DNA from: an uncultured Planctomycetia bacterium
Lineage (GTDB): Bacteria > Omnitrophota > Gorgyraeia > Pluralincolimonadales > Pluralincolimonadaceae
NCBI GenBank assembly: GCA_964650515.1
Contig: CAZYUB010000004.1
Location: 5,541-69,540 of the forward strand
Reading direction: 5' to 3'
Length of the DNA stretch: 64,000 nucleotides
In this document: positions 1 to 9,325 of the stretch, piece by piece
How positions within the stretch are numbered: position 1 is the stretch's first letter
Layout of the letters: the number at the start of each line of letters is the position of its first letter
Made by a program: the position numbers and the translations under genes
Notes under the pieces: model-generated
What the model was told of the DNA's origin: nothing
Seen by the model: the letters and a program-made list of their open reading frames with translations, nothing else
Database searches by the model: none

Positions 1-692
1 ATATAGGCGACAAGCCGATACTCAAGGGGATCGACCTCTCCATAAAGAAGGGGGAGGTCGTTATCCTTTTCGGCCCGAACGGCAGCGGCAAATCGACGCT
101 TATCAAGACGATCGCCGGCTTCGGCGGTTATTCCGTGGCCGGGGGGAAGATCTCCCTTAAAGGCAAGCCGATCCTCGCGTTGCCGACGGAGGAGAGGGCA
201 AAGCAGGGCCTCGGCATAATGTTCCAGCATCCCCCGGCGATACGCGGCGTGAAACTCCAGCAGATAGCGCGTTTCCTCTCCAAGGACGAGCAAAAGATCG
301 ACGAGCTCGCCGATAAATTATCCCTCAAAGATCACCTGAACCGCGACATAAACGTCGGCTTCTCCGGCGGTGAGATGAAACGCTCCGAACTTTTCCAGCT
401 GATACTCCAGAACCCCGATATGCTGCTCCTAGACGAGCCGGAATCCGGCGTCGACCTTGAGAATATCTCGATAATGGGCAAGGCGCTCGACCATTACCTG
501 AAGCAGGAGGGCAAGTCCGCGCTGATAATCACGCACACGGGATACATTCTCGATTACGTGAAGGCGGCGCGGGGATGCGTGATGATAGACGGCAAGTTCT
601 GGTGCGCCGGGGACCCGAAGGAGATGTTCAGGAATATCCGGACGAAGGGTTATGAACATTGCAAGGTGTGCGAATGCCCGCAGACGAACTGA
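1..692 (+). CDS. sufC: Fe-S cluster assembly ATPase SufC (5'-truncated by window edge)
   Basis: Frame 3 is open from position 3. It contains the Walker A motif GPNGSGKSTL and an ABC signature region LSGGEMKR; the ORF continues in frame with the 135..692 track ORF. Confidence 0.85.
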   Translation, partial: IGDKPILKGIDLSIKKGEVVILFGPNGSGKSTLIKTIAGFGGYSVAGGKISLKGKPILALPTEERAKQGLGIMFQHPPAIRGVKLQQIARFLSKDEQKIDELADKLSLKDHLNRDINVGFSGGEMKRSELFQLILQNPDMLLLDEPESGVDLENISIMGKALDHYLKQEGKSALIITHTGYILDYVKAARGCVMIDGKFWCAGDPKEMFRNIRTKGYEHCKVCECPQTN

Positions 693-1777
693 AGAATAAG
701 GTAGAAGGCGCCGACGCAGAGAGGGTATCATCCTCGGGGATGGACCTTTCCGAGAAGACGCGCTCAGCGAGCTTCCTCCAGCAGGACTCACAGGTGCAGT
801 TCCGCCGCAGCCTGTTTGAAGGCATCGAGATAATGAGCACGAACGAGGCGCTCGAAAAAGATCCCGAAGCCCGCGAATATTACGGCAAGGCGTTCAAGTC
901 GCTGGGCCGCGAATTCCCGACGGACACCTACGGCGGATATTTCATCCGCGTCAGGAAGGGCAAGACCGTCGAGCTGCCGATACAGGCGTGCCTGCTGCTA
1001 AAGAAACAGGGCTTCAAGCAGAAGGTCCATAATATCGTCATCATAGAAGAAGGCGCGAAAGTATACCTGATAACGGGCTGCTCCGCGTCGAAGGCCGCGG
1101 ATGAGGGCTTCCACCTCGGCATCTCCGAATTCTTCATCAAGAAGGACGCCTACCTGAATTTCACGATGATACACACGTGGAAAGAGGATGTGACCGTAAA
1201 GCCGATGGGAATCGCGCTCGTCGACGAAGGCGCGACATACATCTCGAATTACGTCTGCATGAAACCCGTAAAAGAGATAACGATGTACCCGACGGCCGTC
1301 CTGCAGGGCGAGAGGGCTAGGGCGAGCTTCAATACGCTCGTGCTGTCGCACCCGAACACATTGCAGGACATCGGCTCCCGCATAATCTTCAAGGCCGACA
1401 ACACGCAGGGCGAGATGATAGCGCGTGCGGTCAGCTTGGGCGGAAAGATGATATCGCGCGGCCAGCTGAAAGCCGAAGCCGAGAACGTCAAGGCCCACCT
1501 CGAATGCCGCGGGCTCATAATTTCGCGCGAAGGCACCGTCGAAGCGATACCCGAGCTCGACAGCAATTACCGCGACGTCGACATGTCCCACGAGGCCGCG
1601 ATCGGCAAGATAAGCAAGGAAGAGATAGAATACCTCAGCGCGCGCGGGATGTCCGTCGAAGAGGCGCAGTCGGTCATCATCCGCGGATTCATGGACGTAG
1701 AGATCCTCGGGCTTCCCGATATGCTCAAGAAAGAGATCGAATCCCTCGAGGACCGCTCGCTTAAGGGGAGCATGTAG
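674..1777 (+). CDS. sufD: SufB/SufD-family Fe-S assembly protein (SufD-like, about 370 aa)
   Basis: Directly follows and overlaps sufC; size and composition fit SufBD. A TTG at 659 or the ATG at 674 are both possible starts. The antisense ORF 998..1906 is rejected. Confidence 0.6.
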   Translation: MPADELKNKVEGADAERVSSSGMDLSEKTRSASFLQQDSQVQFRRSLFEGIEIMSTNEALEKDPEAREYYGKAFKSLGREFPTDTYGGYFIRVRKGKTVELPIQACLLLKKQGFKQKVHNIVIIEEGAKVYLITGCSASKAADEGFHLGISEFFIKKDAYLNFTMIHTWKEDVTVKPMGIALVDEGATYISNYVCMKPVKEITMYPTAVLQGERARASFNTLVLSHPNTLQDIGSRIIFKADNTQGEMIARAVSLGGKMISRGQLKAEAENVKAHLECRGLIISREGTVEAIPELDSNYRDVDMSHEAAIGKISKEEIEYLSARGMSVEEAQSVIIRGFMDVEILGLPDMLKKEIESLEDRSLKGSM

Positions 1778-1784
1778 CGAGCGT

Positions 1785-1824
1785 GTAGGGACGGTTCTTG
1801 AGCCAAGAGGAGAAGTGTCCCCCG
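1785..1824. repeat. Family-1 hairpin repeat copy 1 (GGGACGGTTCTTGAGCCAAGAGGAGAAGTGTCCC), 8 nt after the sufD stop
   Basis: A 10-bp arm GGGACGGTTC pairs with GAAGTGTCCC (one G-U and one mismatch). The same 34-bp element recurs at 10267, 57975 and 62738. Confidence 0.8.
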
Positions 1825-1882
1825 GTATTGATATATAGGTATTTTTGGTGTAAAATAATAAATTAGTAAAGAGTGCAACCTT

Positions 1883-4800
1883 ATGGGGATTATTAAGATC
1901 AAACATTTAGCACTGTATGTATTTCTGGCGATCGTATCGCCTTTTTTTATTCCTTCAAACGCCCACGGGGGCATTGATATCGACCTAACCCTCCCCGTCG
2001 GCTTCAAATCTATTTCCCCCGCGCAGTTCTCAATAGTCCGCGATGACCATTTTGTCCTAAAAGGCAAATTGATGGGTGATTTCAGGATCTCTTCGGTGAG
2101 CATAAAAGGCACGGAGGCCAGGATAGATGACGAGAACGGCTTTGAGTTCAGCGATATCCAGATGAAGGAAGGCCTGAACACCTTCCTTATATCACTGACT
2201 GACGTGAATGGCAGGAGAAGGTTGGTATCATATTCGGTATATTCTGAGCCGAGAGGGCCGATGGCGGGCGGCGGCAGGATTGCCAATGGGCCTGTTGTTG
2301 ATGTAGGCGCGGCGGAGGGCTATACGGCGCCTCCCAGGAAGAAACTGTCTACGCGGATTGAAAGACGAACCGAAAAACCGAAACCTCCGGCAAGCAACAA
2401 GAACCTGGACGTAGTCTTCAGCTCCCCTTACTCCGGCCAAATAATAACAGAAAAAGAACTAAAGACCGGCGGCAGGTTCAACAAAGATGCCGGCATAACC
2501 TCGATCACCGTCAACGGCCAGCTGTGCGAGCTTAACCAGGCGACGGGCACCTTCGAAGGCCCGACACTCATCTGCCCCGGAAAGGCCAGGGAATATAACG
2601 TCAACGCTGATTCGCCAAAATATATACTTATGAGGGTAGACCCCAAGACGCATTCCGGGGAAAACATACTTAAGGTTAAGGTAACCCCGGCAGAAGGCAA
2701 GCCATACGAAGACAGGCTGGTGTACTACTATTATCAGCTATTCGTTAAGTCCGAGACCGAGGGGAAGCTTTTTGTGCCCATTGTAGGCGCAGGCGGAAGC
2801 GCTACTGAGACGGAATACGCCGTCCCTAAATCGGAGATGTTTAATCCGGACCTGTATTATGAAGCGCCTTTTGGTGGCTGGGGAGATATGAAGTCCAACT
2901 CAAGGATATTTTATCCCGAGTTTCCCCATTACCCGTATTATGGTGATTATAAAATAGGATATGTCTATGGTCAATCACCGCCGTTCTATTCGGTTCGGGA
3001 CGCTCCTTGGCTAAGTTATATGTCTCTGATAAATATAGGTATATGGAATTCAACAGATGGCAGCAGGGAGTGGAGCGATACCATAGTAACGCTCCACAGC
3101 CCTCCGTCGTCTGTCAAGACGTATACTATTTTACTAAAGAACTGCCAGTTTATAGAGACGGATTATATGGCCCTTAATGAGCACGAGGCTGTTGAGTCCT
3201 TTAACCCCGCCAACTATTTGGTAAACGGTTGCAGGTTAAATCCTCTCCTTAAGAAGACCGACGACATGCCGTACGGCAAGGTAACCTATGTGACATTGGA
3301 AAATGAGATTCCCGATAGGGATTTCCGGATGGAGGTAACAGCAACCAACTACAGCAAAAATCCGGTTCCGCAAAGCTTCGGTCTTCTTGCGAAACTGTTT
3401 AGTTGTGAAATTGACGATGGTTTTAAGGGCGACATCCTCGTTGACTCCAATAACGACGGCTATTTAGGCGGCGATGACAACGCTGTAGAACAGAATGCGC
3501 CAGGGTGCGTGTTTTGGGTGAATGATGATGACGATTACGACGAATTGACAAAAGTTCATTCTGATGATAGCAAAGCAGTAAATAGCAACGGTAATGATAG
3601 TGCTGACGATAATATCAACGGCATTAGAGACCTCGAGGACTTTATGCCGATAAATATAGCCATTCCCAATATACAAGAATGGTCCAATTCTCTTAAGGGT
3701 GTGAAATTCTTCCTTAAGGCGGAAGGCTCAGGAAGGATTAAGATATATAAGAGAGTTACGGATTTAGAGAAATATAAATACCTAACTTATTTAAAGGATC
3801 TTAATAGTTCAATAGAGCAATATAAACAGACCTGTCTTATCAATCTGACGACAGGAGATAAGAATATGCAGGAATTGAAGTCCGTATATTTTGATGATAG
3901 CGGCAGTTTTCACGCCATCTTCGAAGGCATAGAAGCCGGCCAGCTAAAATTGAATCTTGTAGCTGCCATCATCGACGAAAGGAGCGGAAAAGTCAAGGAC
4001 GAGATACTTCTGGATGAGGCGTATGTTACTTTAAAAGATGTACGAGAGATGTACATGTTAGCAAATGTTAGAAAGAATCTGGAAATAACCGGTAATATCT
4101 ATTCTACCGAAGATGACACCATATTTATCTGGACCCACGGGTATAACACCAGTATCAGGGATAATGGGCAAAAGATCGATTCCCGGACGGATTCCTTCGT
4201 TGTAATAGATACTGTATATAAGAGAATGTATAGGACAGGATTCCGAGGCCCATTTATAGGGATTACCTGGCATGGAGATGAGGGAACGGTAATGGCTTTT
4301 AACGCCAACTGGGAAAACTCTTTCCGGGCGGCTCAGAAAGTAGCCGATTTAATAAAGGATACACGAATGAAATATCCTGACGCAAAGATCAACATCTCCG
4401 CACATTCTTTAGGCAATAACGTCCTTTGTTATGCACTAAGGTCACTTGCGGTCCAGACACAGACAAAAATAGATAATTTGATATTAGGAGAGGCCGCTAT
4501 TCCGGGAGAGGCCTTCTCGGGATACAGATACACGCCTAGGTATGATATACTTGGGATACGCCGAGATTTCTTCGATAATATGTACGGCAGAAGTATCGAT
4601 TCCATAAGAGGCAGAGTGTATAATACATATTCGACGGCTGATGAAATATTGGGAGGCTCTTTTAGAGCCAATCATTTTTTATCTAAATTGCCCACTCCCC
4701 TAGATGACAGATATAATCTTGTCAACTATAATACTGTTACAGCCGGCAGGCCAATTGATGCGTTGGGGTTAAACGATGCTTATTCTAAATATATAAATCA

Positions 4801-4975
4801 TAATAAATATAAGAATGAACCGTTCTATCCGCCCGATGATGATTCAGAAAAAAATAAAAGGAGCCGTCCATATTGGATCCGCAAACATGGTAGCATGATG
4901 GATGAATACTATTACGATGTGCAGGACTTTTATTATTATCTTATTTATCAGAAAAAGATAAAAGATAAAAAATAA
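1883..4975 (+). CDS. Large secreted protein (1030 aa) with a C-terminal alpha/beta-hydrolase (DUF900/PGAP1-like lipase-esterase) domain and an Asp-rich Ca-binding-like segment
   Basis: N-terminal signal peptide MGIIKIKHLALYVFLAIVSPFFIPSNAHG. Acidic DxNxDG-type stretch DSNNDGYLGGDDN...NDDDDYDE...NGNDSADDNINGIRD. The C-terminal part has WTHGYN and a GxSxG nucleophile elbow (AHSLGNN). AT-rich codon usage relative to the flanks. Confidence 0.55.
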   Translation: MGIIKIKHLALYVFLAIVSPFFIPSNAHGGIDIDLTLPVGFKSISPAQFSIVRDDHFVLKGKLMGDFRISSVSIKGTEARIDDENGFEFSDIQMKEGLNTFLISLTDVNGRRRLVSYSVYSEPRGPMAGGGRIANGPVVDVGAAEGYTAPPRKKLSTRIERRTEKPKPPASNKNLDVVFSSPYSGQIITEKELKTGGRFNKDAGITSITVNGQLCELNQATGTFEGPTLICPGKAREYNVNADSPKYILMRVDPKTHSGENILKVKVTPAEGKPYEDRLVYYYYQLFVKSETEGKLFVPIVGAGGSATETEYAVPKSEMFNPDLYYEAPFGGWGDMKSNSRIFYPEFPHYPYYGDYKIGYVYGQSPPFYSVRDAPWLSYMSLINIGIWNSTDGSREWSDTIVTLHSPPSSVKTYTILLKNCQFIETDYMALNEHEAVESFNPANYLVNGCRLNPLLKKTDDMPYGKVTYVTLENEIPDRDFRMEVTATNYSKNPVPQSFGLLAKLFSCEIDDGFKGDILVDSNNDGYLGGDDNAVEQNAPGCVFWVNDDDDYDELTKVHSDDSKAVNSNGNDSADDNINGIRDLEDFMPINIAIPNIQEWSNSLKGVKFFLKAEGSGRIKIYKRVTDLEKYKYLTYLKDLNSSIEQYKQTCLINLTTGDKNMQELKSVYFDDSGSFHAIFEGIEAGQLKLNLVAAIIDERSGKVKDEILLDEAYVTLKDVREMYMLANVRKNLEITGNIYSTEDDTIFIWTHGYNTSIRDNGQKIDSRTDSFVVIDTVYKRMYRTGFRGPFIGITWHGDEGTVMAFNANWENSFRAAQKVADLIKDTRMKYPDAKINISAHSLGNNVLCYALRSLAVQTQTKIDNLILGEAAIPGEAFSGYRYTPRYDILGIRRDFFDNMYGRSIDSIRGRVYNTYSTADEILGGSFRANHFLSKLPTPLDDRYNLVNYNTVTAGRPIDALGLNDAYSKYINHNKYKNEPFYPPDDDSEKNKRSRPYWIRKHGSMMDEYYYDVQDFYYYLIYQKKIKDKK

Positions 4976-4985
4976 GGAGAATTCG

Positions 4986-5936
4986 ATGAGACTATTAACG
5001 ATGGTGTCGATAATATTTATTATATTTATTGCCGTTTCATCAGACGCGCAGGAAATTCTGCAGGAAGAAGTGCTATTTCCAGTTGATATCTCCGGCAAGA
5101 TAGTCGATAAGGACGGAAAACTATTTACAGAAGAAGTGACACTAAACATTTATTCAGTAATTTGGCATATGGACTTGAACACTTATGATATACAAGAGAA
5201 AGAAGCCGATTATCAACAAAAAGTATCGGGAGGTTATTTTCAGTGGAAGGGAGCATCTAACAGAATATCAGTTAGTGTCGAAAGGGAAGGATACCATGAA
5301 GATAACATGCAAGTGCCGGATAGTGTTAGAATTATTGAAGAAGTAGACGGATATCCTACAAAATATGAGAATGAGATAATAGCAAAAGATATCATATTAC
5401 ATATGATCCCTAAAGGGGTTTCATCAAGGCTTGAATATGTCGGAGGTGCCGAGATACCCGACAAAAATGATAAAAAATCTGGCGGCAGGGAATGCGGATG
5501 GTCTTTCAAGAAGTTATGGTATTTTCCGGTTGCCGAAGAAGAGACTGTCTGGATGACAATGTCGCTTGATGAGAAAGGAAACAGCGTTTATACCATGAAA
5601 GAACCGGGCGGTTTTGTTTTATTTCGGGGGTATCCGAAATATGAAAGTAAGCCCGATAGACTTTTCGGAGGCTTTAATTGGATGACGCAGGCTCCGGAAT
5701 CCGGCTATGTACAGACTGTTAATCCAGAAAAGGATAAAATTGATAACAAAATAGCCTCATCGCCCTATTATTATTTCCGTACACCCGACGGAAAATACGG
5801 GAAGATTACATTTCCGGGTCTTTTTACTTACTACCTCAACCCCTCTGGCTCCCGCGACCTCGAGGCAGGGGAGGTAAAAGAGTTGGGTCCCGTCAACCCT
5901 AGTTATCAGGAATGGCTCGATGAGTGGGAAAAATAA
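4986..5936 (+). CDS. Secreted hypothetical protein (316 aa)
   Basis: Signal peptide MRLLTMVSIIFIIFIAVSSDAQE; AT-rich like the upstream gene; no recognisable catalytic motif. Confidence 0.5.
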   Translation: MRLLTMVSIIFIIFIAVSSDAQEILQEEVLFPVDISGKIVDKDGKLFTEEVTLNIYSVIWHMDLNTYDIQEKEADYQQKVSGGYFQWKGASNRISVSVEREGYHEDNMQVPDSVRIIEEVDGYPTKYENEIIAKDIILHMIPKGVSSRLEYVGGAEIPDKNDKKSGGRECGWSFKKLWYFPVAEEETVWMTMSLDEKGNSVYTMKEPGGFVLFRGYPKYESKPDRLFGGFNWMTQAPESGYVQTVNPEKDKIDNKIASSPYYYFRTPDGKYGKITFPGLFTYYLNPSGSRDLEAGEVKELGPVNPSYQEWLDEWEK

Positions 5937-5990
5937 TTGAAAGAATTTCCTCATAACTTACGTCTACTACCTTAGAAAGGAGATAAACAC

Positions 5991-6557
5991 ATGAGACATG
6001 TCGCACCCGCATTAATTATAGGTATCGTGCTTTTGCTTCCGATCAAGGCGGCGGCAGGCGAGGAACCCACCATCCAGGAGCTCCAGAAGGCCGCCATAAA
6101 GTACGCCGAGGTAAGCCCCGAGAAGATCTCTACCTGGCGTAAGCAAGCCGCAATGAAAGCCCTGCTTCCCGAGATAAGCGTCGGATACGGCAACGACGTA
6201 GATGCCACCATAACATCCGCCACGGCATCCGGCAGGACGAATTACTACATAGGCCCCGACGACACAAGCAGCAGCTGGGACTTCACCGCAAAGTGGGACT
6301 TAGGCGACCTCGTCTACAACAGCGCCCAGACCTCCATCGACTCGCGTTCCAAGCTCATGGTCCAGCTGCGTAACGACGTCCTCAACGACCTCAACACCGC
6401 CTACTTCGAAAGAAAGAAGATCCAGAAACAACTCGGTAAGATCCAGGACAAGGAAAGCGCCTCATACCTCGAAAGGGAATTCCGCATTGAAGAGCTTACC
6501 GCAACGATAGACGGCCTCACCGGCGGCTACCTGAGCCGAAGGATGGGGGAGGAATAA
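5991..6557 (+). CDS. Secreted hypothetical protein (188 aa)
   Basis: Signal peptide MRHVAPALIIGIVLLLPIKAAAG; coding-like composition; no family recognised. Confidence 0.5.
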   Translation: MRHVAPALIIGIVLLLPIKAAAGEEPTIQELQKAAIKYAEVSPEKISTWRKQAAMKALLPEISVGYGNDVDATITSATASGRTNYYIGPDDTSSSWDFTAKWDLGDLVYNSAQTSIDSRSKLMVQLRNDVLNDLNTAYFERKKIQKQLGKIQDKESASYLEREFRIEELTATIDGLTGGYLSRRMGEE

Positions 6558-6558
6558 A

Positions 6559-7005
6559 CTATTTACGAGCGAAGAGCTTGATGATCGACCGGCGGGTGAA
6601 GAGGTAGAGGAAAAAGGACGGCACGAATATCAGGCATACCAGCACTTCCAGCCAGTAGTATAATCCCCGTATGTCATCAACGGCCATCGGGCCGACGCCC
6701 GCCGGAAGCATGTGGTGGAGAAAGCGGATCATTATAAAGATCGACACCCCGAACAGCAGCGCGATCACGGAGATCGCGAGCACCATGTTCCTCGCCCAGT
6801 TCTTGAACGACAACAGCCCGAAACCCATTATTGTCGACAATACCGCGAAGAGCGTTATTACGGTGAAATTGATAGAGTAGAACATCCGGTGGTGCGCGTC
6901 GGGGCAGTTGAGTATGAAATGGTAGCGGGGCCAGAAGCGCGCGAGGTGGAACGCGCCTAAGACCAGCAGGTAGAGCCCCGATATCTGTACAAGGAATTTT
7001 CTCAT
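6559..7005 (-). CDS. Small integral membrane protein (about 148 aa; alternative start at 7055 inside a family-2 repeat)
   Basis: Starts MRKFLVQISGLYLLVLGAFHL and has four predicted hydrophobic helices. The track ORF extends upstream through the repeat-encoded MGTCHLGTCQKGTLHIL. Confidence 0.5.
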   Translation of the reverse strand: MRKFLVQISGLYLLVLGAFHLARFWPRYHFILNCPDAHHRMFYSINFTVITLFAVLSTIMGFGLLSFKNWARNMVLAISVIALLFGVSIFIMIRFLHHMLPAGVGPMAVDDIRGLYYWLEVLVCLIFVPSFFLYLFTRRSIIKLFARK

Positions 7006-7013
7006 AAGTATGT

Positions 7014-7056
7014 GGAGTGTCCCCTTCTGACACGTCCCTAAGTGACACGTCCCCAT
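7014..7056. repeat. Family-2 repeat copy A (reverse orientation): GGGGACGTGTCAC TTA GGGACGTGTCA GAA GGGGACACTC
   Basis: Three tandem GGGGAC(G/A)(T/C)GTC units. Related copies are at 12473, 13187 and 29683. Confidence 0.8.
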
Positions 7057-7101
7057 GGATATTATGGATATTATAGTACGTTTATAGTAAAATACAACAA
7101 A

Positions 7102-8145
7102 ATGGACATAATTACAGGGCTGATCAAGGAGATCTGGCACACGTTCAACGAGGCCGCGCCGTATATACTCTTCGGCACGTTCATGGCCGGCGTCATACAG
7201 ACCTTTGTCGATAAGGACAGGATAGCGAAGCATCTCGGCAAGCCGGGATTTAAGTCGGTTTTTATGGCAGCGCTATTCGGCGTGCCGCTGCCGCTCTGTT
7301 CGTGCGGCGTCCTGCCGACGGCGATGTCCCTGCGCAAGAACGGCGCCTCGAAGGGCGCGACACTCGCGTTCATGATATCTACGCCTGAGACGGGCATCGA
7401 CTCTATAATGCTGTCGTTCGCCCTGCTCGACCCCATCATGGCGGTCTTTAGGCCGGTGGCCGCGTTCATCACGGCCGTCGTCGCCGGCGTAATGGAAAAT
7501 ATATTCGGCCATAAAGAGAAGGCTCCGGAACTTCCCAAAGAAGAAAAATGCCCGCATTGTGAAGCGGAAGTCCATACACACAAGCCACACTACGGCAGGC
7601 GCTTCATCGACGGCATGGAATACGCGTTCATCGACCTGCTCGGCGATATAGCGTTGTGGCTCGCGCTCGGTATCGGTATCGGCGGCGTCATATCTTTTTT
7701 CATCCCGGCGTCTTTCATAGAGAACTACCTCGGCCGTGGCCTTTCGGCGATGCTCATAATGCTCGTCATCGGGATCCCGCTTTATATCTGCGCGTCGGCG
7801 TCGACGCCGATAGCGTCCGCGCTTATAGCGAAGGGGATGGCGCCGGGCGCCGCGCTCGTCTTCCTGCTCGCCGGCCCGGCGACGAACACCGCCGGCATAC
7901 TCGCGATAGGAAAGTTCCTCGGCAAGAGGTCGGTAGTTATATACCTCGCCGCGATATCGGTCTGCGCGATAGCGATGGGCCTCCTGCTTAACCTGATATA
8001 TTCGACTTTCAGTATAAACGCGAAGGCGCTCATGGGTAGCGGCGGGCATTCGGAGCTGACGCACCATCTCGGCCTTGTCGCGGCGCCCGTGCTGGTTATC
8101 CTCATGATAAACGCGTCCCTGCGCCGCAATAAATGCAATGACTAA
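7102..8145 (+). CDS. UPF0718/DUF318-type permease (ArsP-like CSCG motif) with a Cys/His-rich cytoplasmic loop
   Basis: MDIITGLIKEIWH..., multiple TM segments, a PLCSCGVLP motif like that of putative metal(loid) permeases, and a CPHCEAEVHTHKPH loop. Confidence 0.6.
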   Translation: MDIITGLIKEIWHTFNEAAPYILFGTFMAGVIQTFVDKDRIAKHLGKPGFKSVFMAALFGVPLPLCSCGVLPTAMSLRKNGASKGATLAFMISTPETGIDSIMLSFALLDPIMAVFRPVAAFITAVVAGVMENIFGHKEKAPELPKEEKCPHCEAEVHTHKPHYGRRFIDGMEYAFIDLLGDIALWLALGIGIGGVISFFIPASFIENYLGRGLSAMLIMLVIGIPLYICASASTPIASALIAKGMAPGAALVFLLAGPATNTAGILAIGKFLGKRSVVIYLAAISVCAIAMGLLLNLIYSTFSINAKALMGSGGHSELTHHLGLVAAPVLVILMINASLRRNKCND

Positions 8146-8878
8146 ACCTGACCACAAACAGTACGACAAAGAGTTCCACAGGAAGACGGCCCGCGAATAC
8201 GACGAGCGCGTAGACAAGAAAGCCCGCGTATACCATTCGGCATTCCTTTTCCCGTATATCGACGAGGTCCGGAAGAGTTTGCCGTCCGGCAGCGGGTTCA
8301 CGGCGCTTGATATCGGATGCGGCACAGGAAGTGTTGCGATACCGCTGGCCGAGAGGGGCTTCAAGGTCAAGGCGATAGACCATTCGCCCGAGATGATAGA
8401 TATCGCGCGGCAAAAAGCGGCGCGCAAAGGCCTGCACGACAGGATAGAATTCATCATCGGCGACGCTGAGAATACCGGGTTTCCCGACGGGATGTTCGAC
8501 TTTGTAACGTGCCAGGGTGTCATCCACCATCTTGCGGATAAAGGCCCGGTGATAAAAGAGATGCACCGCCTCACGAAGAAAGGCGGATTTTATTACATCT
8601 CCGAGCCGGTCGAGCTGTTCCCGCGCCTGAAGATACTCGGCCTTCTCGGGAAGGTATTCCATTTTGCGCGCGGAGAGAGGAGCGTCGAGGCGCCGCTAGT
8701 TAAAAACGAGCTGCTCGGGCACCTGAAATCCGCGGGCGCGTCATCATTCGAGTATTCGCTCGTATTTTATATCCCATACCTGCCGATAAAGCACTGGGAG
8801 CATGCGAGGGCGGCCCTTGCTAAATCCTTTAAAAACAAGCGGATGGGTAGTATAATGTTCGTATACGGAAGGAGGTAG
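8138..8878 (+). CDS. Class I SAM-dependent methyltransferase
   Basis: Motif I LDIGCGTGSVAIPLA and a post-I acidic residue (KAIDHSPEM); overlaps the permease stop. Confidence 0.7.
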   Translation: MTKPDHKQYDKEFHRKTAREYDERVDKKARVYHSAFLFPYIDEVRKSLPSGSGFTALDIGCGTGSVAIPLAERGFKVKAIDHSPEMIDIARQKAARKGLHDRIEFIIGDAENTGFPDGMFDFVTCQGVIHHLADKGPVIKEMHRLTKKGGFYYISEPVELFPRLKILGLLGKVFHFARGERSVEAPLVKNELLGHLKSAGASSFEYSLVFYIPYLPIKHWEHARAALAKSFKNKRMGSIMFVYGRR

Positions 8879-8881
8879 GGC

Positions 8882-9265
8882 ATGAAAAAGCTGATCACGC
8901 TGGCAGTTATAATGTGCTTCGCCGCGACCTGCCAGGCGGCATGGTGGGACAAGAAGGAAGAAAAAACGACTACGATAACAACAGGTAAAGACGCCGCAAA
9001 GAAGACAGAGCAGGCCTCCGTAAATGTCATGAAAGGCCTCATTATATCCGTGAATATCCCGCAGAACGAGATAGTCGTAAAGGACGAGAAGACGCTCATC
9101 GACAAGGTCCTCATAGTAAAGCCCGATATGTACAATTCCATCAAAGTAGGCGACACGGTCGAAGTGAAGACGAAGGCCGGCTCAAACATCGTCGATAATA
9201 TCAAGGTCACAAAAGCCGCGTCAGTAGAAAAGAAGATCGAAAAAGCCAAGGGAAAGAAAAAGTAA
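8882..9265 (+). CDS. Secreted Lys-rich small protein (127 aa)
   Basis: Signal peptide MKKLITLAVIMCFAATCQA; KKxE-rich. Confidence 0.5.
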   Translation: MKKLITLAVIMCFAATCQAAWWDKKEEKTTTITTGKDAAKKTEQASVNVMKGLIISVNIPQNEIVVKDEKTLIDKVLIVKPDMYNSIKVGDTVEVKTKAGSNIVDNIKVTKAASVEKKIEKAKGKKK

Positions 9266-9312
9266 GGCGTTGCCGTCCTATTTTAACCCACCCTATGGGG
9301 TGGTTATCCACA
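9266..9312. repeat. Family-3 hairpin element copy a (GGCGTTGCCGTCCTATTTTAACCCACCCTATGGGGTGGTTATCCACA)
   Basis: Contains the internal palindrome AACCCACCC-TAT-GGGGTGGTT. Its reverse complement recurs at 11644..11690 with 2 mismatches. Confidence 0.8.
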
Positions 9313-9325
9313 GCCCTGGAGAGCA

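Noticed and set aside
998-1906. 302-aa minus-strand ORF antisense to sufD
   Set aside because: Its Arg/Ala/Leu-rich composition is typical of an antisense frame in GC-rich coding DNA. It is wholly contained within a well-supported + strand gene.
7273-8574. 433-aa minus-strand ORF (Arg-rich) opposite the permease/methyltransferase genes
   Set aside because: Extreme Arg/His content, no motifs, and fully antisense to two confidently called genes. It is a spurious GC-rich ORF.
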